Part shown: piece by piece, positions 36,706 through 46,121 of the stretch
Layout of the letters: the number at the start of each line of letters is the position of its first letter
How positions within the stretch are numbered: position 1 is the stretch's first letter
Assembly (NCBI GenBank): GCA_009785525.1
Contig: WQWC01000005.1
Span: 11,308 to 75,307 of the forward strand
DNA: 64,000 nt
Direction: 5' to 3'
Source of the DNA: Oscillospiraceae bacterium
GTDB taxonomy: Bacteria > Bacillota > Clostridia > Oscillospirales > Oscillospiraceae
Position numbers and translations under genes: made by a program
Notes under the pieces: model-generated
Seen by the model: the letters and a program-made list of their open reading frames with translations, nothing else
Databases searched by the model: none
Told to the model about the DNA's origin: nothing

Positions 36706-39056
36706 GTATTCTTCTCCGCTGCCGGAGCCGCTTTTTTTGTGGCAGTTGTTTTCCGTGTGGTTGGTTTCTTAGCGGTAGTCGTCTTTTTAGCCGTAGACGT
36801 AGCGGATTTTTTCGCCGGAGCTTTCCCCTTTGTCGTAGCGTTCTTTGTAGCGGTGGATTTCTTCGCAGTTGCGGATTTTGTAGTTTTTGCCTCTTTAGAT
36901 CCCTCGGAATTCGTATCCCCATCAGCCGATTCACCGACTGTCTTTTTCTTATAGCCGCCGCGCTGATCTTCCGGCAAAAAGTTAGGGCATTTTTCATTGA
37001 TACAGAACGGCTTTTTCGCGCCTCTGCCGGATTTTTTGAACAGAGTCTGTCCGCATTCGGCACAGTTGTCGGCCACCGGAACATCCCATGTCATAAAGCC
37101 GCACTCTTTTAGGTTTTCACACGCGTAATACGTGTAGCCATTTTTAGACGTGCGCTTTAGTATCCGCAATCCGCATTGCGGACATTTGCCAGGCATCTCG
37201 ACGATTATCGGCTTTGTAAAGCTGCAATCCGGATACCCCGGACACGCAAGAAATCTGCCAAACCGCCCGGATTTGACAACCATCTGTTTACCGCATAGGT
37301 CGCAGATTTCCTCAGACACCTCGTCCGGGACTTTTATGCGTTCACCTTCCAGCGCCGTTTCAGCGTTGTCAAGGGCTTGGTTGAATCCGCCATAGAAGTT
37401 AGCCAGAACGCTTTTCCAGTCATCCTCGCCTTTCTCAACACTGTCGAGCGCTTCTTCCATCCGCGCTGTGAATTTGAGATCGACAATGTCTGTGAATCGC
37501 TCTTTCATCAGATTCGTCACGACTTCACCAAGCGGAGTTGGGCGCAGATTTTTGCCTTCTTTTACCACATATTCGCGATCAAGTATAGTCGAAATTGTCG
37601 GCGCATAGGTACTCGGGCGGCCGACGCCGGACTCTTCCATCGCACGAATCAACATCGCTTCGGTATAGCGCGGTGGCGGCTGGGTGAACTTTTGCTCCTC
37701 TTTAATATCCGCAAGTTTCAGCGGATCACCCTCTTTTAATTCCGGCAGCGGGGATTGAACTTCTTCCTTTTCATCGTCCTTGCCCTCTTCATAGACAGCC
37801 GTGAATCCAGCAAAAGTGATTACCGTGTGATTCGCCCGGAAGACGTATCCGGCCGACACCGTATCCACCGTGACGCTGTCATATATCGCTTGTGCCATTT
37901 GACTTGCGACAAACCGACTCCAGATTATCCGATACAGCCTATATTGGTCGTTTGTGACGCTGGCTTTTATCTGCTCCGGTGTGATAAACACGCTACTTGG
38001 CCGGATAGCCTCATGCGCGTCTTGGGAATTGTTTTTTGACTTATACCGGTTCGGCGTGGCTGGCGCGTAGTTATCGCCGTAGTGCCCTGCGATATATTTT
38101 CGCGCGTCCTGTATTGCATCCTCCGATATGCGCAGTGAATCCGTCCTCATATACGTTATAAGACCGACGGTACCCTCGCCTTTGATGTCAACGCCTTCGT
38201 ACAGCTGCTGGGCGATTGACATCGCACGGCGCGGAGTCATGCCTAGTCTGCGGGATGCCTCCTGCTGCAACGTGGACGTGATAAACGGCGGCGCGGCGGA
38301 ACGCTTTTTATCAGCGCGTTTCACCGATTTCACCGAGAACGGGGATTCTTTCACGGCAGAAACCACTGTGTTCACCTCTTCGGCGCTTGTGAGTTCCATC
38401 TTCTTTTTCTCGTTCCCATGAAACGCGGCGGTGAACTTGCCGGGGGCGTCACAAAGCGCGAGATCAACGTTTAGGTGCCAATATTCCTCCGGCACAAAGT
38501 CGCGTATTTCGTTTTCCCTGTCTGTAACCATCCTGGTGGCAACAGACTGCACCCGCCCGGCGGATAGGCCGCGGCGAATCTTTTTCCATAAAAGCGGACT
38601 TAACTTATAGCCGACAATCCTATCCAGTATGCGCCGAGCCTGTTGGGCGTTGACAAGATCCTCATCTATAACGCGCGGATTTTCGATGCTGTCCTTCACA
38701 ACGTTTTTCGTTATTTCGTTGAAAGTGACTCTGAACGTACTCTCTTCAGGCAACTCTAAAAGCTCTTTCAAATGCCATGAAATAGCCTCGCCTTCCCTAT
38801 CAGGGTCAGTGGCCAGGAAGACTTTTGTGCTGTTTTTCGCCGCGTTCCTCAGCTCTTTGATAGTGTCCTCACGGCCTTTGACCGGATGATACTCCGGGAT
38901 AAAGCCATTTTCAATATCGACCCCAAGCGTGCTTTTCGGCAGATCACGCAAATGCCCCATAGAAGCCGTTACCTTATAATCGGGGCCAAGGTATTTGCCG
39001 ATAGTTTTCGCTTTCGCCGGGGATTCGACTATTACAAGATTGTTTTCTTTTGCCAT
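36702..39056 (-). CDS. topA: DNA topoisomerase I with a Lys/Thr/Ala-rich basic C-terminal tail
   Basis: LVIVESPAKAKTIGKYLG Toprim start, YMRTDS active-site Tyr, and multiple C4 zinc ribbons. The last ~85 aa are K/T/A low complexity. Confidence 0.96.
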   Translation of the reverse strand: MAKENNLVIVESPAKAKTIGKYLGPDYKVTASMGHLRDLPKSTLGVDIENGFIPEYHPVKGREDTIKELRNAAKNSTKVFLATDPDREGEAISWHLKELLELPEESTFRVTFNEITKNVVKDSIENPRVIDEDLVNAQQARRILDRIVGYKLSPLLWKKIRRGLSAGRVQSVATRMVTDRENEIRDFVPEEYWHLNVDLALCDAPGKFTAAFHGNEKKKMELTSAEEVNTVVSAVKESPFSVKSVKRADKKRSAAPPFITSTLQQEASRRLGMTPRRAMSIAQQLYEGVDIKGEGTVGLITYMRTDSLRISEDAIQDARKYIAGHYGDNYAPATPNRYKSKNNSQDAHEAIRPSSVFITPEQIKASVTNDQYRLYRIIWSRFVASQMAQAIYDSVTVDTVSAGYVFRANHTVITFAGFTAVYEEGKDDEKEEVQSPLPELKEGDPLKLADIKEEQKFTQPPPRYTEAMLIRAMEESGVGRPSTYAPTISTILDREYVVKEGKNLRPTPLGEVVTNLMKERFTDIVDLKFTARMEEALDSVEKGEDDWKSVLANFYGGFNQALDNAETALEGERIKVPDEVSEEICDLCGKQMVVKSGRFGRFLACPGYPDCSFTKPIIVEMPGKCPQCGLRILKRTSKNGYTYYACENLKECGFMTWDVPVADNCAECGQTLFKKSGRGAKKPFCINEKCPNFLPEDQRGGYKKKTVGESADGDTNSEGSKEAKTTKSATAKKSTATKNATTKGKAPAKKSATSTAKKTTTAKKPTTRKTTATKKAAPAAEKNT

Positions 39057-39096
39057 TATTCAGACCTCGCTAGTTTTTTTGAGTTGACCTATGTTA

Positions 39097-40317
39097 TTAT
39101 GATGGTGATGCCGCCAACGAAAAATAATTTCCCTCACCACGTACAACTTTGCTATTGATTTCAAGCATTGTCAGCGCAGTCAGCACCTCCGGTGCAGGGA
39201 GTTCTGTGCTAATGATTATCTCGTCCACATGCAGCATTGCGTTACCGATTGCGGACGCGACGGCTTTTTCGGTGCCCTCTAAGCCTTCTAACACTTTATC
39301 TACGTCAATATATTCCACATCGGGGACAATGTCAATCACTTTTTCATCGTCAGACGTTGTATCGCTTTTGTATTTTTTGACAAGCCGCTCCTCGCCCCGC
39401 TTGTCAAGCGGGACTAATTCTTTTCGCTTGAGTCTTATTTTATCAGGGAACAACGCCTCATATTCACCCGCTATATTCTCGCCCGAAAGCAACGGAATCG
39501 CGCCTTCACGCAGCAGGATATTCGAGCCTTCATAGACGCTGGAAGTCACGCTGCCCGGCACGGCGAATACGTCTCTTCCCTGCTCTAACGCGCGGGACGC
39601 CGTAATCAATGCGCCGCTGCCTTTCGGGGCTTCCACCACTGCCACACCCAGTGCTACGCCGCTTAATATTCGATTCCGCACCGGAAAGTTCCCTCCGTGA
39701 GGCGGCGTACCGGGTGGGTATTCGCTGATTATAGCACCGGCTTTGGTCACGTCGTCAAACAAATCTTCATTCTCAGACGGATACACAACATCCAGTCCGC
39801 AGCCTAAAACGCCAAGGACTCTCCCGCCGCCTCTCAACGCGCCTTTCGCGGCGGCTGAGTCAATCCCACGCGCTAATCCGGACACAACAAGCAGGCCGTA
39901 TCTTGCGAGCTCGTAACCTATCCGTTCAGCCACGGCTATCCCAGACTGAGTACTGGAGCGAGTACCGACTATCGCAACGGCGGCTTCTTCGTCTATAACC
40001 GGCAGCGTTCCTCGAATATACAGTACAATCGGCGGGTCGTAGATGTTCCGCAACCTATCGGGATACTCCACGTCTTGCAGGGTTATGACACGGAAGCGCT
40101 CTTCTTCGCACTTGGTAAGTATTCTATTCGCGAATTCGATATTTTTGCGCGTGAGAACAGAAATGTCAGCCGGTTTGATGCCTATTTCCTTAAACTCCCC
40201 AACGTCCGCGTAATAGATTTGTTCCGGCGTTTCAAAACGTCTCAGCAATAGCCCTGCCACGGCAGCATTGACACCGCTTACAGAAGAAAGCCACACCCAG
40301 TATTTCAGCGACGACAT
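39097..40317 (-). CDS. dprA: DNA processing protein DprA (Smf)
   Basis: VAIVGTRSST, GLARGIDSAAAKGAL and FPVRNRILSG motifs. ATG 40317 (MSSLKYWVWLS) chosen because the track's 49-codon extension runs into the GC-rich repeat. Confidence 0.88.
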   Translation of the reverse strand: MSSLKYWVWLSSVSGVNAAVAGLLLRRFETPEQIYYADVGEFKEIGIKPADISVLTRKNIEFANRILTKCEEERFRVITLQDVEYPDRLRNIYDPPIVLYIRGTLPVIDEEAAVAIVGTRSSTQSGIAVAERIGYELARYGLLVVSGLARGIDSAAAKGALRGGGRVLGVLGCGLDVVYPSENEDLFDDVTKAGAIISEYPPGTPPHGGNFPVRNRILSGVALGVAVVEAPKGSGALITASRALEQGRDVFAVPGSVTSSVYEGSNILLREGAIPLLSGENIAGEYEALFPDKIRLKRKELVPLDKRGEERLVKKYKSDTTSDDEKVIDIVPDVEYIDVDKVLEGLEGTEKAVASAIGNAMLHVDEIIISTELPAPEVLTALTMLEINSKVVRGEGNYFSLAASPS

Positions 40318-40359
40318 TGTTCTCCACCACCTTATTAAAATATCATGTTTTTGTATGCG

Positions 40360-40556
40360 AGGGACAGCCACCTTCGTGCGCGAAGGGGGCTTTAGACGAA
40401 AGAACCACCCGCCCCCTATGGGGTACCCCTCCAAGGGAGGGGGATTTTTTGTTGGGCGCGGCAACCTGACGCGCCGTGGTTACATTTACGCGTTGACCAC
40501 GTAGGGGCGACCGTCTCGGTTGCCCGCGGGCGGTCGGGGGCTCTCCGCCCCTACAT
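40360..40556. repeat. GC-rich intergenic palindromic element cluster (copy 2)
   Basis: Contains CCCCTCC-aag-GGAGGGG+T6 (40426-40450), GGCGCG..CGCGCC, and a unit bounded by GTAGGGGCG (40501-40509) and CGCCCCTAC (40546-40554). The right end overlaps the TAG stop of the trmH-like gene. Confidence 0.65.
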
Positions 40557-41324
40557 GGTTAGGTTCTCAGCCGTTTCGTGCCGCACTGCCTCCCACATTA
40601 TAATTGAGGCTGCAACCGCCGCGTTTAATGATTCACACCCTTGTGACATTGGTATTGACACCAACTCTCGGCACATCGACAACACGGGGGCTGATAATCC
40701 TTGCCCCTCGCTACCGATTGCGATTATTGCGTTCTTGAGACTTATTCCGGAAACATCTGCACCCTCCAACGTCGTGCCGACAATTTCCAAACTGCTTCTG
40801 TTAGAAAACGCTTTAAGCTCAGACACGTTTGTATAGTAAACATGCTGACGGAAAATTGCACCCATTGACGCGCGGATTGTTTTCGGGCTGTACAAATCCG
40901 CGCAGCCATCCAGCAGTATAACGCTGCTTATGCCGAACGCGTTCGCCGTGCGAATAATTGTACCCAAGTTCCCAGGATCCTGTATGCCATCGAGCAATAT
41001 ATGTGTCCCTGCACTGGCGGAATCCGGGGTGAAAGCGCTTGGTTCCGGCATTTTGCACGTGAACAGAACATCCTGTGCATTCTTCAGCGGCGACAACGAA
41101 TCGAGAAGTTCTTGTGCGGCCCGGAATATTCGAACACCCTTCGGCAAGTGTATGTCCGCCGTTGTAAATACGGCTGTGATATCGGCATTGCTTTTTATCG
41201 CTTCTTCAAGAAGTTTCGCACCATCGCAGAGAAACTCGCCGCGCTCCTGCCTGTAGGCGCGGTTCGCACCGAGTTTCTTAACATGCACACAGAGCGGATT
41301 TTTACGGCTCGTAATCAGTTCCAT
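40551..41324 (-). CDS. TrmH/SpoU family RNA 2'-O-methyltransferase (RlmB-like)
   Basis: DGIQDPGNLGTIIRTANAFG, IGSEGQGLS and ESLNAAVAASI SPOUT motifs. Confidence 0.87.
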   Translation of the reverse strand: MELITSRKNPLCVHVKKLGANRAYRQERGEFLCDGAKLLEEAIKSNADITAVFTTADIHLPKGVRIFRAAQELLDSLSPLKNAQDVLFTCKMPEPSAFTPDSASAGTHILLDGIQDPGNLGTIIRTANAFGISSVILLDGCADLYSPKTIRASMGAIFRQHVYYTNVSELKAFSNRSSLEIVGTTLEGADVSGISLKNAIIAIGSEGQGLSAPVLSMCRELVSIPMSQGCESLNAAVAASIIMWEAVRHETAENLTM

Positions 41325-42826
41325 TAATCTTCAATCGGTTTCATCGTCGGGAACAGCAGTACATCTCTTATAGACGAATTATTCGTCAGCATCATCACGC
41401 AGCGGTCAATGCCGATGCCAAGCCCGCCTGTCGGGGGCATACCGTATTCCAGCGCGGTGATAAAATCCTCATCCATCATGCCCGCTTCGTCATCACCGGA
41501 GGCTCTCATCGCTGCCTGACGTTGGAAGCGCTGCTTCTGGTCGATTGGGTCGTTTAGCTCACTGAAAGCGTTACCCATCTCGTTTCGGCAGATAAAAAGC
41601 TCAAAACGCTCGGTAAGTCTCGGGTCGGACGGTTTTCTTTTTGCCAGCGGCGAGACCTCGACCGGGTGATCTATTATGAACACCGGCTGTATCAGCTTAT
41701 CTTCGGCGCGTTGATCAAAACACTCGAACAGTAAATCTCCCCAAGACGGCTCTTTGTCTTCCGGCATTTTGACGCCGATCCCGGCGGCGGCTTTGACCGC
41801 GTCCTCCGTGGTGGTGAACGACATGAAGTCAACTCCGGTGTGTTCGAGGACCGCATCCGCCATTGTTTGGCGCTTCCAACCGGGAGTGAGGTCAATTTCA
41901 ACACCTTGCCACTGGACTTTATAGTTGCCCAATAGCTTCTGGGCCGCTGTGCCTAAGAGTTCCTCAAACAAATCCATCATATCGTTATAATCGGCATATG
42001 CCTCATAAAGCTCGATCATTGTAAACTCTGGATTGTGCTTCGTATCCATGCCTTCGTTGCGGAATATCCGACCAATCTCATAGACGCGCTCAATCCCACC
42101 GACAATCAGACGCTTTAACGGCAGCTCCAACGCAATACGCACATACATATCTAAGTTAAGCGTGTTGTGGTGAGTTATAAACGGTCTTGCCGTCCCTCCG
42201 GCTGAAACTGTGTTCAGAACCGGCGTTTCGACTTCCATATATCCGCGATTATCCAGGAATGATCGCACATGACGGATAAACGCGCTGCGTACTTCAAACG
42301 TTTTGCGCGTATCCGGATTCATAATAAGATCTAAGTACCGCTGGCGGTATTTCAGCTCCTGATTTGTCAGTCCGTGGAATTTCTCGGGCAACGGCCTGAG
42401 AGATTTTGCCAGCAACGTCACCGTCTTGCAGTGGATGGATATTTCGCCCATCTTTGTCCTGAACACATGCCCGGTAACACCAATAATATCGCCGATATCG
42501 CCTTTTTTCAGCCCCTCAAACGCCTCTTCACCAACGTCATTGAGTTTGATATAGAGCTGAATCCGCCCTTTGTCGTCAACAATATCAGCGAAAATGGCCT
42601 TACCCATTCCGCGTTTAGCCATGACGCGGCCAGCCATTGATACGTCGCTGTTTTCTATCGCATCAAAATTCTCATGCACGTCTGATGTATAAACTGTGCG
42701 CGTGAACTTTGTGACTTCAAACGGGTCTTGGCCCTCATCTTGCAGTTTTTTCAGTTTATCCCTGCGTATTTGCAGAATCTCTGAAAGTTCTTGCTCCTCT
42801 TGATGATCTTGCGTAATTTCTTCCAT
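41324..42826 (-). CDS. lysS: Lysine--tRNA ligase (class II)
   Basis: OB-fold N-terminus, then FRNEGMDTKHNPEFTMIELYEAYADY (motif 2 region) and GGLGIGIDRCVMM (motif 3). ATG 42826; a GTG at 42838 is an alternative start. Confidence 0.93.
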   Translation of the reverse strand: MEEITQDHQEEQELSEILQIRRDKLKKLQDEGQDPFEVTKFTRTVYTSDVHENFDAIENSDVSMAGRVMAKRGMGKAIFADIVDDKGRIQLYIKLNDVGEEAFEGLKKGDIGDIIGVTGHVFRTKMGEISIHCKTVTLLAKSLRPLPEKFHGLTNQELKYRQRYLDLIMNPDTRKTFEVRSAFIRHVRSFLDNRGYMEVETPVLNTVSAGGTARPFITHHNTLNLDMYVRIALELPLKRLIVGGIERVYEIGRIFRNEGMDTKHNPEFTMIELYEAYADYNDMMDLFEELLGTAAQKLLGNYKVQWQGVEIDLTPGWKRQTMADAVLEHTGVDFMSFTTTEDAVKAAAGIGVKMPEDKEPSWGDLLFECFDQRAEDKLIQPVFIIDHPVEVSPLAKRKPSDPRLTERFELFICRNEMGNAFSELNDPIDQKQRFQRQAAMRASGDDEAGMMDEDFITALEYGMPPTGGLGIGIDRCVMMLTNNSSIRDVLLFPTMKPIED

Positions 42827-42838
42827 AAATGCACCCAC

Positions 42839-43321
42839 TTAATCTATCTTAAGTATCTCAAACTTCAAAATACCCGCCGGGGCATCAATTTCCACGACAT
42901 CACCCGCTTTGTGGTCCAACAAGCCTTTGCCGAACGGTGAATCATCGGATATTCGGCTCATTATCGGATCCGCCTCCTGAGAGCCGACGATCTCATAAGT
43001 CTCTTCGGAACCAAGCTCAAGGTCTTTTACCGTGACACGGCTGCCGATGCTGACGACATCAGTTCTGGCAGATACTATTACGATCTCCGCGTTATCAATA
43101 AGGTTTTTAATTTCGGCGATTTTTGAATATAGCTTGCCCTGTTCTGTCTTTGCCTCGTCATATTCGCTGTTTTCAGAAAGATCGCCGAAAGACCTCGCCT
43201 CTTTTATTTGCTGGGCGACTTCTTTTTCACGGACCGTTTGAAGGTAGATAAGCTCATCCTTCAGCTCCTGCAAACGTTCCTGGCTCATTTTAAATCTTGC
43301 TTCTTTTACCATTTCATACAT
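42839..43321 (-). CDS. greA: Transcription elongation factor GreA
   Basis: EARSFGDLSENSEYDEAK and the C-terminal SPFGKGLLDHKAGD motif. The true start may be the ATG three codons in (MVKEA...). Confidence 0.9.
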   Translation of the reverse strand: MYEMVKEARFKMSQERLQELKDELIYLQTVREKEVAQQIKEARSFGDLSENSEYDEAKTEQGKLYSKIAEIKNLIDNAEIVIVSARTDVVSIGSRVTVKDLELGSEETYEIVGSQEADPIMSRISDDSPFGKGLLDHKAGDVVEIDAPAGILKFEILKID

Positions 43322-43464
43322 CCTTTTGCTTTGTTCAATGACTTAAACAAGGCCAATATATTCAGCCCGGATTCCGCCGGGCAGTGAGTTTATGTTTATG
43401 GGATTATATTAAAGTCTTCCCACTTTGTCAAGCAGGAAAAATCGCGAAACATGCTGAATTGTTT

Positions 43465-43579
43465 GCAGGGACGCACTTTGTGCGCCCGTCACCCCCATAC
43501 CCGTCGTGGGGTGCGACGCCCCCGGCGTTCTGTGACCCCGTAGGGACGGTCGTCCCTACAACGTGTTTTTCGCGCCCTA
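43465..43579. repeat. GC-rich intergenic palindromic element (copy 3)
   Basis: GGGACGCACTTTGTGCGCCCGTC, then the perfect hairpin GTAGGGACG-gt-CGTCCCTAC (43540-43559), then ...GCGCCCTAA. The CTA at 43577-43579 is the TAG stop of the S41 peptidase gene. Confidence 0.65.
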
Positions 43580-44779
43580 ATGCCCAATCAAAAGCGAAAG
43601 CGCCAGCTGAAGTTGCGTGTCGTCTTCCTTTTCAAGGTTTCCGAATCTGAACAGCGTGAATTCATCTTCTGACATCTCTAACAGATAATCCGGGGTCACA
43701 CCGCCGACGTCGTAGAGACTGACTCTGTTTTTAGTCAGATACTGCCCCGATGAAATGCGCATAGCGCCGCCGCAGGATAACGGGATCAATATCTGAGATC
43801 GGCTTTTCCCTGTCGTCTGCTCCCCGACGATATGAGCGTAATCGTATTCACGCAGCATTGCCGCGAAATACTCTGCCGCGCTGAATGAGTATCTGTTCAC
43901 CAGTACGACCGCCGGCAAATCAATCACCCCGGGTCCGGATCTTATTATATCCTCATTGCCGTGTCTATCCACCGCGATGAATATCTCACCCGCGGGCAGC
44001 AGATGGTCAAGTATCCCCGTAAGCTCCGATACCCGCCCGCCGCCATTGTTTCTGACGTCGAAGATAAAAGCCTCCGCGCCGGATTCAATCAAGCCGTCAA
44101 CAGCCGAGATAAAACTATCTGCCGAGCCGGTGTCGAAATTTGACAGTGCAATATATCCTATCGTTTCATACAGCATATCATACGACACAGGGTCAACAAA
44201 CACAAAGTCATACACGACTGTAATCGTTTCAACGACCCCAGTCTCTCGCAGAACTGTCAGTTCAACGGTAGAGCCAATCGGGCGTGCGAAGATGTTGCGG
44301 GTTTCATCAATCATAAGATGCGTGATATCCTCACCATCAAACCCGGTTATAACGTCCCCTGAGACTATCCCGGCCGTTTCAGCCGGTGAGCCGCGGAAAA
44401 CGTGCAACACCAGCATTCCGCCTGCGTAATCGTCTATCGTGATACTGATGCCGATACCGGCAAATCTGTTGTTCGCGCTTTCTAGGTGCTCTGCATATTG
44501 CTCCGGCGTGAGATAGTATGAGTATCTGTCTCTCAGCGCCGCGACTGCGCCCCATTTTGACATGGCGGACACCTCGGCCATGTCATATTCACCGATATAG
44601 AATTCGTCAATCAGTGTTAACAGCTCTGAAAATTCCCGGACATATCTGAACTTGCCGTTAAAAACCCCAAGCTCACGCCCGAATGTGAGCGCTATCACCA
44701 AACACGTTAACGCTGATGCAAGCAGCATCAGCGTTAACACAAATTTTAATGAGTATCTTTTTTCTGTATTGTTCAACAT
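43577..44779 (-). CDS. S41 family C-terminal processing peptidase (CtpA-like)
   Basis: N-terminal TM anchor, PDZ-like GSPAETAGIVSGDVI, and the catalytic region VLVNRYSFSAAEYFA with DVRNNGGG. Confidence 0.85.
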   Translation of the reverse strand: MLNNTEKRYSLKFVLTLMLLASALTCLVIALTFGRELGVFNGKFRYVREFSELLTLIDEFYIGEYDMAEVSAMSKWGAVAALRDRYSYYLTPEQYAEHLESANNRFAGIGISITIDDYAGGMLVLHVFRGSPAETAGIVSGDVITGFDGEDITHLMIDETRNIFARPIGSTVELTVLRETGVVETITVVYDFVFVDPVSYDMLYETIGYIALSNFDTGSADSFISAVDGLIESGAEAFIFDVRNNGGGRVSELTGILDHLLPAGEIFIAVDRHGNEDIIRSGPGVIDLPAVVLVNRYSFSAAEYFAAMLREYDYAHIVGEQTTGKSRSQILIPLSCGGAMRISSGQYLTKNRVSLYDVGGVTPDYLLEMSEDEFTLFRFGNLEKEDDTQLQLALSLLIGH

Positions 44780-44787
44780 AAATTATA

Positions 44788-46038
44788 TTATGGCAAATGA
44801 GCCAGCGGATTAACCCTGACACCGTTGACAGTCACCTCAAAATGCAGGTGCGGGCCTGTTGAAATGCCGGTCGAACCTACGCGCCCGATAACCTGCCCTC
44901 TCGATACTGTGTCCCCCACGGATACACTACGCGTACTCAGGTGTGCGTACAGCGTTGTCATTCTGTTGTCGCCACCATGAGCTATAACTATGTAGTTTCC
45001 GAAAGACGCGTTATGTCTGGATATAATGACCGAACCGCTGTCAGCCGCGAAGACATTCCGTCCATGGGGTGCGCCGATGTCAATGCCGTTATGCATTCTG
45101 TTTGTCCCAAATACCGGGTGGCGCCTGACTCCAAAGGGGCTTGTAACATTTGAGCGGTTTGTACCCGCAACGGGCCACACAAGTTCCCCGGTACCCCGAA
45201 CGGCAACAGCGGTACGTCCGGCAGAGGCCTCTCTCGCTATGCGGGCTGCCTCCTGCCTGCGCCACTCTTCTTCCAAACGATTGATATCTCTCTGAGACTG
45301 CTCCTGCTGTTCCCTTATCTGCCTATACAGTTCCATCGCTGCTTCACGATCCTGCTCGATCTGTAAAATCAGCTGGACGGCTTCTTCACGCTGAATCTCA
45401 AGTTCGGCATACCGTTCTTGAAGCAGTATTTCTTCCGCTTCCAGTTCGGCCTTGGTTTCTTCCAAGGCTTCTTTTGCGGCTTCAGTTTCAAGCCGGGCGG
45501 CAATCAGGTTGTGATACGCGCTTTCATCGGCCCGCATAAGGTCGCCGACGAAATCCAGCCGTGCCAAAAAGTCTGAAAAACTGGTGGCGCTGAACAAGAT
45601 ATCGAGGTATGTAATAACGCCGTTTTCTTCCATACTGCGGACCCGTTCCCGAAATAGCTGCAATCGCGCGTTTTCCCTGTTCTGCGCTTCGATTACCTCC
45701 AGTTCCTGGGCCGCGATAAGATATCCGTATTGCGCAATTGTATCTCTTATAAGCTCAATTTCCGCTTCGGTCAGTGAGATTCTGTTGTCCAAGACTTCCT
45801 TCTGCGCGAATGCGGTCATCCTGTCGAACTCAATTGAGTTTATTCTTGCCTGAGTCTCCTGCCTTCTTTGCTGGATTTCCCGCTGTTCAGCGCGCAGCCT
45901 GTCAATCTGCGCCCGGGTGACAGCGGCCCCGGCGGGGGCAAGCGAGCCAAGCACACCAAACAGAATGGTAGCTGCCATCAACAGCGCTAGGAGAATAGCG
46001 ATAACCCTTGCAACAACACGTTTGTTTTTCATAACCAA
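44788..46038 (-). CDS. M23/LytM peptidase with long N-terminal coiled coil (EnvC/PcsB-like FtsEX partner)
   Basis: C-terminal HNGIDIGAP ... YAHLS ... TGISTGPHLHFEV LytM motifs, a ~250-aa coiled coil, and a TTG start with a GAGGTG RBS. Lies next to ftsEX. Confidence 0.87.
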   Translation of the reverse strand: MVMKNKRVVARVIAILLALLMAATILFGVLGSLAPAGAAVTRAQIDRLRAEQREIQQRRQETQARINSIEFDRMTAFAQKEVLDNRISLTEAEIELIRDTIAQYGYLIAAQELEVIEAQNRENARLQLFRERVRSMEENGVITYLDILFSATSFSDFLARLDFVGDLMRADESAYHNLIAARLETEAAKEALEETKAELEAEEILLQERYAELEIQREEAVQLILQIEQDREAAMELYRQIREQQEQSQRDINRLEEEWRRQEAARIAREASAGRTAVAVRGTGELVWPVAGTNRSNVTSPFGVRRHPVFGTNRMHNGIDIGAPHGRNVFAADSGSVIISRHNASFGNYIVIAHGGDNRMTTLYAHLSTRSVSVGDTVSRGQVIGRVGSTGISTGPHLHFEVTVNGVRVNPLAHLP

Positions 46039-46083
46039 GTTTCAACACCTCTCAGATACTGTGGTTGTATTACTTATGCTTAA

Positions 46084-46108
46084 GCGGGCGATATCAGGCC
46101 GCCCCTGT
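46084..46108. repeat. Short GC-rich hairpin related to the repeat family (copy 4)
   Basis: The minus strand reads ACAGGGGCGGCCTGATATCGCCCGC, resembling the TGTAGGGGCGG end motif. Lies between the ftsX stop and the M23 start. Confidence 0.4.
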
Positions 46109-46121
46109 AAAACTTCCGGAT

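Noticed and set aside
36646-37084. Plus- and minus-strand ORFs with repetitive Phe/Val/Ala or Arg/Lys composition at the topA 3' end
   Set aside because: They are alternative-frame or antisense readings of the low-complexity Lys/Thr/Ala tail-coding repeat of topA, not independent genes.
40318-40464. 49-codon N-terminal extension of dprA in the ORF track (MPRPTKNPPPLEGYPIGGGWFF...)
   Set aside because: The extension is a translation of the GC-rich repeat element (Pro/Gly/Arg-rich). The conserved DprA sequence begins at the internal ATG 40317.
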